DNA from: Labilibaculum filiforme | GTDB lineage: Bacteria > Bacteroidota > Bacteroidia > Bacteroidales > Marinifilaceae | Assembly: GCF_002843315.1 (NCBI RefSeq) | Contig: NZ_MVDD01000006.1 | Span: 1 to 24,000, forward strand | DNA: 24,000 nucleotides | Reading direction: 5' to 3' | Shown here: in pieces, positions 1 through 7,557 of the stretch | How the letters are laid out: the number at the start of each line of letters is the position of its first letter | Numbering within the stretch: position 1 is the first letter of the stretch | Program-made: the position numbers and the translations under genes | The notes under the pieces: model-generated | What the model was told of the DNA's origin: nothing | What the model saw: the letters and a program-made list of their open reading frames with translations, nothing else | Databases searched by the model: none

Positions 1-141
1 CTTTAGGTGGTTTAATGCCTCATCCTGAAATGCGACATTGGTGGGTCTGCTTACAAATGCATCCACCATCTTATTTACAGCATGCAGAACTTTGTTTCGC
101 CGATGTTCTGCTTCTCGGCACACTATGGTTTCGTAGCGGAC
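1..141 (-). CDS. Partial ORF running off the left window edge, product unknown
   Basis: The minus-strand frame is open from the TAA at 142-144 down to position 1 (..TIVCREAEHRRNKVLHAVNKMVDAFVSRPTNVAFQDEALNHLK..). Possible starts are GTG 123-121 or ATG 69-67. It is absent from the ORF track because it has no stop inside the window. No family recognised. Confidence 0.25.
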
Positions 142-219
142 TTAAAAGCGATAATATTCAAATTACACAATGAGCCAAATTTGCTTCCTTTAAAATAGTC
201 AAATCGGCAGATTTGGCGG

Positions 220-288
220 TGCCCAATATTAGCTACGATGTTTGGATTTACTATTAAACCGCTATGAACTATACATTTTGTTAGGGCA
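220..288. repeat. Imperfect palindromic element L (TGCCCAATATTAGC ... GCTATGAAC..TTGTTAGGGCA) just downstream of the cassette
   Basis: TGCCC (220-224) pairs with GGGCA (284-288) and TAGC with GCTA, with a bulged long arm. The cassette-proximal end GTTAGGGCA (280-288) is the exact inverse of TGCCCTAAC at 2878-2886. Confidence 0.4.
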
Positions 289-295
289 TCGTACT

Positions 296-523
296 TTATT
301 CTTCAATATCATCAACAACTATTGAATCTTGAACCTTTTTTAGCATTTCATTTATTCTATCTTTCTCTTCGTCGCTAATATCGCCTTCAAAAGTAGAATC
401 TTCAATTTTAGGGTCTGTTAATAATTCCTTTATCATATCAACATAAGTAAAATCAATAGTCGTAGTTCCTTTTATTAATTGAATTGATATATTATCGTTT
501 TCTTTATTAAAAATTAGTTTCAT
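296..523 (-). CDS. Small, strongly acidic hypothetical protein (75 aa), tightly coupled to the upstream PHP-ATPase gene
   Basis: The ATG at 523-521 lies 2 nt after the TAG (528-526) of the upstream gene. By my count it has about 20 D/E versus 9 K/R. No motif recognised. Confidence 0.55.
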   Translation of the reverse strand: MKLIFNKENDNISIQLIKGTTTIDFTYVDMIKELLTDPKIEDSTFEGDISDEEKDRINEMLKKVQDSIVVDDIEE

Positions 524-525
524 AG

Positions 526-2838
526 CTATTCTTTAAAGTTTTTTAGGTTATACTTCTTTACTCTTTTCTTTATTGAGGGCTTACCACCATCAGTTATTTC
601 AGCAATATAATCAACTATACTCCTAGAGTTCAATTCACCTTCTAACCTGTTGGATTTAATTTCTATTTTTTGGTCGTTATTAATACACAAAACAATATTT
701 TGAGCATCACCTAGCATCGGAATTGTGGCATTGTGAGAAACTAAAATAATCTGTTTCTTGGATTTAATTTTCTTAATTGCGTTTACTAGACCTTCATTGA
801 TATAATTTGTTGCTAAGTTGTCTTCTGGTTGGTCAATAATAATCGGAGCTATATCACCTTCAAAACCTAATATTATATCTAAAAGTACAGATGTTCTCCA
901 ACCCGCACTTAGGTCTTCAAATTTCTTTCCATTCAAGGTAATTATTTTGTAGTTTCTTTTATTTAAAGACTCAAAATCTGTATAAATCCGTTTCTCAAAA
1001 TCATCATAGCCTTTAACTTTAGGACTTTGTCCTTTATATTTTGATTTAAATAAAGATTCAGGACTAATATTATCAAAGGAAAGTATTTTGTCACCTGTCT
1101 TAAGTAGTTTGTTAATTACCTCAAGTAGTTTTGTTTTATTTAGTTCAAAATCGTTTTCAATGAAGAGTTTATGACCCATTGATTCCACAATCTCAGAATC
1201 ACACTTTATCGAATACTTGGATACTTTTTCTAGTATTTTATAAAATTTAGAATAGTTTTGAGAATAAATCTTTACACACAAAATGAGTTTTTCAAAGTTT
1301 TGTCTTTTTGTTTGTTCCTCTGTATTAGCAGACTTTAAATCCATGTCATAACGTTCTTTTTCTGAATCAATGACCTTTTTTATATCTTCTGCAAAACTTG
1401 ATGAATCAAAAGCCTTTACAATTTCCTTCTTAAGCTCTATTACAAGCTTCTCATCGTGGCTAACAAAAGGATTAGATTTCAACTTAGCATCAATTTCGTC
1501 TAAGAACTCATTGTGTTCTTTAAAATCATGAAGAGAATATTTAATTTTTCTTTTTTCCTCTTCAGTAGGTCGGAATTTATCTATAACGTTCTTTTGAATA
1601 TCCTTCCTTGTAATTAAACGCGTTAAATATGGGATGTGACTCAATTCTTCAACTTGCTCTTCCAATATTTTCACACATCCAATTAAATCTGTTAAGTCAG
1701 TTTTTAAACTTAAAAGTCCTTTATTTACTGTTTGCTTAATCGTTTCATCACCAGGAAAAACCTTTCTAACAATCTCAATATTATCAATTTTGTCTTCTGT
1801 CGCATCACTAACCACCTGCATTATATAATTTTGAGATAAATAATGAGGTTTCACCATGGAAGGGTTATTTACATGTAGCTGTTCCACACCAAAAGGAATA
1901 TACTTACTATCAGAAAAATCACCAATTATTTTATTATACAATGAATCAACAAAAAGAGTTTTCCCTGAAGATGAGCCTCCAATAACAACATTAAGACCTG
2001 ACGTTAATTCTGCGTCAATATTTATTTTTTCATTATCTAACTTTACCGATTTAATATGTTCAGACCAAATTGAAGGTCTATCATGTGAGTAAACTAATCT
2101 TGAAGATTCAGACAACGATAACCTTAACCCACTAAACGTAGGTAAAGCAAACATCCAAGTTGGTATAAATGGTTCTGCTTTTTTTGCTTTTGCATTAGGA
2201 TAACTATTAACACTATAATTATCCGTACAAGTTACCAAGTTTACAAATTCATTAATCCCGAGCCGTTTAAAGTAATCTTGTGTTATTTCAAGCTTCGTAT
2301 TACCTCTTGCGGTAAAACCGTCAAACTGATTGTAGTAAATACTTCGCTCAATAGAATTATCAAATTTCACACCTTTTGGAATAGATTTAGGAAATGTTGA
2401 ATGTGATTGACCCCCATGAGGTAAAATAAGAAAATCATAGCTGTCAAAAGTTTTTATAACTTCCTCCAAGGTTGGAATCTTATCGGCAGTACTAACCATT
2501 TTAATAGGATACAATATGTCAAGTTTTAGATTTAATTCATCAATAACATCTTCTGTAATTTCATCGAGATTAAAATAAATATGACAATGATATGGAGGGC
2601 ATTCTGAGTAATTCCTAATGTGCAACTCAACTCCTAAAAGCAAATTCATCACCTTATTCTTTGCCTCTAGATAAGCCCTTTTGTTAATGATATTATGGTC
2701 TGTAAGTGATATTAGATAAGCTGAATCTTTTGAGACACTTTTAATTTTAGTAATCAATGTTTCAATATCATAATTGTCACTCAGGTTATTCGAATCTACT
2801 GAGGTGTGAATATGAAGGTCTAAATATATTGCTTCCAT
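526..2838 (-). CDS. PHP-domain phosphoesterase fused to an ABC/SMC-type (OLD/AAA_15-like) ATPase; Ppl-like candidate defence protein
   Basis: N-terminal PHP-type metal motifs: DLHIHT (res 7-12), LTDHN (45-49), GVELH (69-73), LPHGG (139-143). Walker A is GGSSSGKT (res 287-294, nt 1957-1980). A charged helical insertion of about 350 aa follows. Then come the signature-like LSAGWR (643-648), Walker B IIIDQPEDNL (666-675, nt 814-843) and LVSHN. Confidence 0.8.
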   Translation of the reverse strand: MEAIYLDLHIHTSVDSNNLSDNYDIETLITKIKSVSKDSAYLISLTDHNIINKRAYLEAKNKVMNLLLGVELHIRNYSECPPYHCHIYFNLDEITEDVIDELNLKLDILYPIKMVSTADKIPTLEEVIKTFDSYDFLILPHGGQSHSTFPKSIPKGVKFDNSIERSIYYNQFDGFTARGNTKLEITQDYFKRLGINEFVNLVTCTDNYSVNSYPNAKAKKAEPFIPTWMFALPTFSGLRLSLSESSRLVYSHDRPSIWSEHIKSVKLDNEKINIDAELTSGLNVVIGGSSSGKTLFVDSLYNKIIGDFSDSKYIPFGVEQLHVNNPSMVKPHYLSQNYIMQVVSDATEDKIDNIEIVRKVFPGDETIKQTVNKGLLSLKTDLTDLIGCVKILEEQVEELSHIPYLTRLITRKDIQKNVIDKFRPTEEEKRKIKYSLHDFKEHNEFLDEIDAKLKSNPFVSHDEKLVIELKKEIVKAFDSSSFAEDIKKVIDSEKERYDMDLKSANTEEQTKRQNFEKLILCVKIYSQNYSKFYKILEKVSKYSIKCDSEIVESMGHKLFIENDFELNKTKLLEVINKLLKTGDKILSFDNISPESLFKSKYKGQSPKVKGYDDFEKRIYTDFESLNKRNYKIITLNGKKFEDLSAGWRTSVLLDIILGFEGDIAPIIIDQPEDNLATNYINEGLVNAIKKIKSKKQIILVSHNATIPMLGDAQNIVLCINNDQKIEIKSNRLEGELNSRSIVDYIAEITDGGKPSIKKRVKKYNLKNFKE

Positions 2839-2877
2839 TCTTTCTATTTAAATAGTTCGTATTGCTCGTTTCGTATG

Positions 2878-2960
2878 TGCCCTAACTAGTTAGTAAGTGC
2901 TATGGGCTTTATTTCGTTTATATTTTTTTAAAAAGTGTATTTACCGACCCATATAGGGCA
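2878..2960. repeat. Imperfect palindromic element R (TGCCCTAAC..CTATGGGC ... GACCCATATAGGGCA) just upstream of the cassette
   Basis: TGCCCTA (2878-2884) pairs with TAGGGCA (2954-2960) and TATGGG (2901-2906) with CCCATA (2948-2953). The long arm carries a ~16-nt bulge and there is an AT-rich centre. Confidence 0.4.
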
Positions 2961-3069
2961 GTAATGAACACTTATTATATTCAATGAACGAATCTACAAA
3001 ACAATAATATCCAATCAAAAGAATCAGGATGATTATTTCACATAGGTAGTATTACTATAAATATAGAGG

Positions 3070-3715
3070 ATCACATTTCGTCGAGAGATTATTGGAGTGC
3101 CAAAAATGCCTTTACATTTCGTCGAGAGCTTATTCGAGCAACAAAAACGGCTTTACATTTCGTCGAGAGCTTATTCGAGCAACAAAAACGGCTTTACATT
3201 TCGTCGAGAGCTTATTCGAGCGCCAAAAACGCCTTTACATATTGTCGAGAGTTAATTTGAGCGTCAAAAATGGCATTACATTTCGTCGAGAGCTTATTGG
3301 AGTGCCAAAAATGCCTTTACATTTCGTCGAGAGCTTATTCGAGCAACAAAAACGGCTTTACATATTGTCGAGAGATCATTTTTACGGTCAAATAGGCCTT
3401 TACATATTGTCGAGAGCTTATTCGAGCGCCAAAAAGTTAATTTTCAAGTCGCGAGAGGTCATTCTAGCACCAAAAATGCCTTTACATATTGTCGAGAGAC
3501 TATTTTAGTGCCAAAAACAGCTTTACACATTGTCGAGAGATCATTTTTACGGTCAAATAGGCCTTTACAAATTATTGGGCGATTGTTCGAGAATCGATAT
3601 GACCATTTTCTATTGAGGGAAGCTTATTTTAGGCTGAAAAATGTCTTTGCATATTGTCGAGAGGTCATTTGGATGCCAAAAACAGCTTTACATTTTATCG
3701 GGAGGCATTTTCTAA
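3070..3715. repeat. Tandem direct-repeat array, about 16 units of ~41 bp
   Basis: Unit starts are at 3070, 3111, 3152, 3193, 3234, 3275, 3316, 3357, 3399, 3437, 3481, 3522, 3564, 3605, 3646 and 3687. The conserved core is TTTACATWTYGTCGAGAG. Units 3111, 3152 and 3316 are identical. The 3' units are degenerate. Confidence 0.95.
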
Positions 3716-3922
3716 TATAATCTATTTCCGCAGATATTTATTTATTTTACACACTAAGCATAAAACTAAAACTGACACATTTATTAATAAACTCAAGCAT
3801 CACACACTATAATCTTATTATCTGCACAATACACGAATACAAATTCTAACTAACTACCTATTGTATTTTACAGTAAATTCCGAACTATTTTATTTATCAT
3901 CAAAATTAAATTGTAAAAAACA

Positions 3923-4663
3923 ATGGAACAAATTTTAAGTGATTACACAAGCAAACAGGTAGAAAATATTGCCGAAAACATTTTATTTGAGTTTGCAAAA
4001 ACCGATTGGAGCGCCGATCAATACCTAAGCGAAATTAGCTCGAGACTGTTAAAAAGCCACGGCATTCTTAAAAATTCAATTGGGAAGTTACGCGCTAGTG
4101 ATTTTACCGAAGAACTATCGAAAAAAGATGCCATTTTCGATAGAGATATTATCTGTTTTAAAAAGTTTGTGGATGCAAACAGGTACATGAGAGATGAGAA
4201 CAAAGTGGAGGCTGCGACTAAAATTTGGAAGCTTATTGATGCTCACAATCTTAATCTTTATCGCTTAAGTTACGAAGAGCAAACTTCGTCGGCCACCTCG
4301 CTATTTGCAGAATTAGACAGGCAGGATAACAAGCTTTTAATTGAAGCACTGATTGGAGCAAGTGAGGCTTTAATCTTGGCAAAAAATTCGAACGATGCTT
4401 TAATGAGCACTTATCGAGAAAGTAATGAGGCAAAAGCGACCAAAGAAGATCAAATTGCAGCATCGCTTCAGCGAAAGCAGGTTCGCGATATCATTAATTC
4501 AGACTTATTGCCCTATTTGGAGGTGATGATACGGGTAAATCCAGCTACTTACAAAGGAATTTACCAATCAATAATCAAGTATATCGAAGCGGTAAATACG
4601 AAAGTTCGCTCTAGATCGACAAAAAATGAATCGGAAACTACACTTGAGCTAGAACAAAACTAG
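3923..4663 (+). CDS. Hypothetical protein (246 aa), predicted mostly helical, family not recognised
   Basis: Clean ATG ORF followed by a strong terminator. It has no signal peptide, TM segment or catalytic motif that I can recognise. Confidence 0.6.
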   Translation: MEQILSDYTSKQVENIAENILFEFAKTDWSADQYLSEISSRLLKSHGILKNSIGKLRASDFTEELSKKDAIFDRDIICFKKFVDANRYMRDENKVEAATKIWKLIDAHNLNLYRLSYEEQTSSATSLFAELDRQDNKLLIEALIGASEALILAKNSNDALMSTYRESNEAKATKEDQIAASLQRKQVRDIINSDLLPYLEVMIRVNPATYKGIYQSIIKYIEAVNTKVRSRSTKNESETTLELEQN

Positions 4664-4692
4664 TATCTATCGTACTGATTCCAATACAATTA

Positions 4693-4741
4693 AAGACGCA
4701 AAATTTGAAGTAACCTTCAAGTAATGCGTCTTATTTTTTTT
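4693..4741. terminator. Rho-independent terminator between convergent genes
   Basis: The nested stem is AAGACGCA..TTGAAG-TAAC-CTTCAA..TGCGTCTT (4693-4732), followed by a T run (4733-4741). Confidence 0.8.
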
Positions 4742-4791
4742 AGAATGCGGGTTCGTCTCCCGAAAAAGCTTCTTTTATAGCAGAAAATGAT

Positions 4792-5352
4792 TTATTGTTC
4801 CAGTTCCCGTATTATTCGGCATGGGTTGCCTGCAGCAAAAACATCCGATGGAATATTTTTTGTTACTACACTGCCCGCTCCTATTATGCTTCGGTCTCCG
4901 ATTGTTACTCCCGGGCAAATTACTGCACTTCCTCCTATCCAAACATCTTCCCCAATTGTAATTGGCTTGGCAAATTCGAGTCCCGAGGCTCTTTCTTTAT
5001 AATTAACCGGATGCGTGGCTGTATATATTTGCACATTGGGTCCCAGCAAAGTTCTACTGCCAATTGTTACTTTTGCTACGTCTAATATCACGCAATTAAA
5101 ATTAAAAAACACATGGTCGCCCAAGCAAATATTCGAACCATAATCGCAGTAAAAAGGCACTTGTATATCTAAATTATCTCCGGCATTTGGCAATAATTGC
5201 TTCAGTATTTTGGTCCGTTTTTCGCCGGCATCCTCTCTCGAATCATTTAATTCTTTTACAAGTAATCGGGCTTGCAATCGTTCCTCGGCAAGTGCTGCAT
5301 CGGCGGCATGATACAATTCTCCGGCAAGCATTTTTTGTTTCTCTGTTTTCAT
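4792..5352 (-). CDS. maa: Maltose/galactoside O-acetyltransferase (hexapeptide-repeat, left-handed beta-helix)
   Basis: The N-terminal Mac-type segment KQKMLAGELYHAAD..ERLQAR and the C-terminal hexapeptide repeats (IGEDVWIGGSAVICPGVTIGDRSIIGAGSVV..GNPCRII) are collinear with E. coli Maa over the full length. Confidence 0.85.
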   Translation of the reverse strand: MKTEKQKMLAGELYHAADAALAEERLQARLLVKELNDSREDAGEKRTKILKQLLPNAGDNLDIQVPFYCDYGSNICLGDHVFFNFNCVILDVAKVTIGSRTLLGPNVQIYTATHPVNYKERASGLEFAKPITIGEDVWIGGSAVICPGVTIGDRSIIGAGSVVTKNIPSDVFAAGNPCRIIRELEQ

Positions 5353-5366
5353 TTTAGCCCATCCTG

Positions 5367-5924
5367 TTAGTTGCCATTTCTAAAATTATCTACCGGTTGA
5401 TTGCTAAGCGAAAATTCCTCGATAATTCCCTTGCAATTATCGCCTTTTGGCGATTGAATGCCAAATCCGACAGAAATGGATGCATTCATTTCCATTCCAA
5501 AGGCTCTTACGAATCTCCATTTTTTTCCATCCAGAGAATAATGCAATCCAAAAAAATTATTTTTTCTGCTTATTCGTAACCAACAACAATTTCCATCTAA
5601 TAATTCACCATTAGCATCATCCGACCAAGGATCTGTAATCACCGAAACAACATTGTAGCTTTGGTCAACACCCAATTCAACAGCTAATTTTATCCATTTT
5701 CGCGTATCTTGCCTCACCATTAAAAATGCGGCATCGAATGCATTACCACCCATACTTGTAAGCTTAGCAAGCATGGTAAAATCTCCCTTTTTTGTTTGAT
5801 AGTAAAAAGAGGCACTATCCTTCACATATTCTTCATACTTGCAAATAAAATCGGTATTAGCATTCGCATTCAGCTGAAATGAATTGTTTCCTTCGACGAT
5901 ACTGCAAGGATTTAGACTTTCCAT
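5367..5924 (-). CDS. DUF1349-like / concanavalin-A-like lectin-glucanase fold protein
   Basis: The pattern WLRISRKNNFFGLHYSLDGKKWRFVRAF resembles DUF1349 family proteins. Its stop is 14 bp upstream of the maa start. Confidence 0.5.
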   Translation of the reverse strand: MESLNPCSIVEGNNSFQLNANANTDFICKYEEYVKDSASFYYQTKKGDFTMLAKLTSMGGNAFDAAFLMVRQDTRKWIKLAVELGVDQSYNVVSVITDPWSDDANGELLDGNCCWLRISRKNNFFGLHYSLDGKKWRFVRAFGMEMNASISVGFGIQSPKGDNCKGIIEEFSLSNQPVDNFRNGN

Positions 5925-5991
5925 ATTATTGTAATTTTATAAGTTATTCGGTTCCCAATAAATTGCGACAGAGCGTTCGAAATTCTTTACT

Positions 5992-6642
5992 TTACTTCCC
6001 TTCCCACTCGCTGTAAAACTGATCGAGATACACTTGCATAAAAGCATGTCGTTTTTCGGCCATTGCTTTTCCTGCCTGGGTGTTCATCCGATCTTTTAGC
6101 AAGAGCAATTTTTCGTAAAAATGATTAATAGTTGGGGCATCGCTGTTTTTATATTCCTCTTTGCTCATGTTTAGGTTGGGAGGAATGGTAGGATTGTATA
6201 TTTCGCGGTTTTTGTGACCGCCATAGTTAAAGGTTCTCGCAATGCCAATGGCACCAATGGCATCCATTCTATCGGCATCCTGCACCACATCCAATTCGGG
6301 CGATGTAAATTTTTGAGCTTCTTTGCCGCCTTTAAACGAAATGTTGTTGATGATATTCTCTACATGCAGAATGGTCTGCTCATCAACCGAAAGGGAAGAA
6401 AGAAATTCACGGGCCAAACGCGGACCAATTTCCTCATTGCCATCATGAAATTTAGAATCGGCTATGTCGTGCAGCAAAGCACCCAACTCCACCACAAATA
6501 GGTCTGCCTTTTCGCTTTTCGCCAACTCTTTTGCCGATTTCCATACCCGGTAAATGTGCCACCAATCGTGTCCGCCTTCGGCATCGGCAAGGGTTTTTTT
6601 TACGAATTCAACCGTGCTGCTAATAATATTTTCCTGATTCAT
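5992..6642 (-). CDS. HD-domain metal-dependent phosphohydrolase
   Basis: Contains H..HD motifs (GGHDWWHIYRVW, LLHDIAD) and a downstream DADRMDAIGAIG segment. Confidence 0.8.
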   Translation of the reverse strand: MNQENIISSTVEFVKKTLADAEGGHDWWHIYRVWKSAKELAKSEKADLFVVELGALLHDIADSKFHDGNEEIGPRLAREFLSSLSVDEQTILHVENIINNISFKGGKEAQKFTSPELDVVQDADRMDAIGAIGIARTFNYGGHKNREIYNPTIPPNLNMSKEEYKNSDAPTINHFYEKLLLLKDRMNTQAGKAMAEKRHAFMQVYLDQFYSEWEGK

Positions 6643-6760
6643 TTTTATGCTTTTTTGGTATTACGCCCGTGAAGATAGATGTTTTTTGAAATCAGTTCCA
6701 AAATAAGCCTTCCCAGTTTAAAAGAGAAAGTAGAATGAGCTTGTAAAATAAAGCTTGTTT

Positions 6761-7435
6761 TTAATTATTTATGATTGTAGTCGTTGTCAGCATCATTACA
6801 ATTACCACCATTAATGCTTCGTGAATTTCTTTCACCACATTTCCCACTTCAGAACTTAACTGTGCATTTTCAACGATTGTCTTTATTTTCTTTTCATATT
6901 TCTTGGCTCGCTCCTTTCCAAACACTTCTGTATTTAAAGAGCACATGTCTATTAAGCTAATCAGCATACTTTCCTTCATCTCCAAACTACGATCGTTTAA
7001 AAGAATCTCATTTAAGCGTTTTCTTAATTCGTTTTCGGGTTTTGCATTTAGGGTTGGGTACTTATCGTTTGAAAATACCCAAAGAATCTTTTCTTCTTTT
7101 TTGCTTAAGATACCATCAGCAATCAGTTTCTTTAGTGTTTCCTCTTTAATATAGGCTTCTTTGTTTCCGATTATCTCCACCCAAGCTTGCAGACCTCTTT
7201 TCTTTTTTGAGTTTCGTATTTCCTCCATAAAATGATCGAGCAGCATATCATTACAATTCTTATGCGATTTCACCTCTATATTTTTGTCTCGAATCTCAAT
7301 TTTTTCCTGCAAAGAAAGTTCTAAAATGATAGCTCCAGCCATAGCGTATCCAAACGAAAACGAATCGGCAACAAAACTTCCCTTTTCATCGTCGAGTGCG
7401 AGAAGACATAATTGATCCACTAAATTTAAATTCAT
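6761..7435 (-). CDS. GPP34/GOLPH3-family protein
   Basis: LLALDDEKGSF near the N-terminus is typical of GPP34. I place the start at ATG 7435 (MNLNLVDQL..) rather than the ORF-track start at 7501. Confidence 0.65.
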   Translation of the reverse strand: MNLNLVDQLCLLALDDEKGSFVADSFSFGYAMAGAIILELSLQEKIEIRDKNIEVKSHKNCNDMLLDHFMEEIRNSKKKRGLQAWVEIIGNKEAYIKEETLKKLIADGILSKKEEKILWVFSNDKYPTLNAKPENELRKRLNEILLNDRSLEMKESMLISLIDMCSLNTEVFGKERAKKYEKKIKTIVENAQLSSEVGNVVKEIHEALMVVIVMMLTTTTIINN

Positions 7436-7530
7436 TGTATTTCCAGTTTTAAGATTAGACTCAATTTGCGAAAAATAACAAAAAAAATCCCAATAGAACA
7501 ATTAGCTCTACTGGGATTATTTTATAAGAT

Positions 7531-7550
7531 CCACGAGATAAATCTCATGG
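7531..7550 (-). terminator. Possible weak terminator hairpin after the Zn-ribbon gene
   Basis: CCACGAGAT-AA-ATCTCATGG forms a 9-bp stem with one G-U pair on the minus-strand RNA. Only a moderately U-rich tract follows. Confidence 0.3.
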
Positions 7551-7557
7551 CAATTCA

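Noticed and set aside
220-2960. Calling the bracketing palindromes bona fide integron attC sites.
   Set aside because: The termini (CCCTAAC / GTTAGGG and ATTGGGC) only approximate RYYYAAC / GTTRRRY. One arm of each element carries a 16-20-nt bulge, far larger than attC extrahelical bases. The two elements are mutually inverted rather than co-oriented. No intI is in the window. I kept this as a generic boundary observation only.
3070-3715. Interpreting the repeat array as a CRISPR array.
   Set aside because: The conserved core is only ~18-19 bp and the variable part ~22 bp, both too short. The variable parts are homologous to each other and recur (3111 = 3152 = 3316; 3357 resembles 3522). No cas genes are present.
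3092-3720. The track ORFs 3092-3508 (138 aa) and 3508-3720 (70 aa), considered as protein-coding genes.
   Set aside because: They lie entirely inside the 41-bp tandem array. Because 41 is not a multiple of 3, the reading frame rotates through all three frames every 123 bp. This is visible as LYISSRAYSS / FTFRRELI / LHFVESLF cycling. Identical adjacent units are therefore translated differently, so conservation is at the nucleotide level. The frames are open only because the unit happens to lack forward stop triplets.
7436-7501. N-terminal extensions given by the track: GPP34-like to 7501, the ABC ATPase gene from 13940, the helicase gene from 21758, and the SBP-like gene to 11338.
   Set aside because: Three of the extensions (13940, 21758, 11338) begin at TTG. 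All four add non-conserved residues ahead of an in-frame ATG that starts the recognisable domain. The ATG starts are preferred, although this is not proven.
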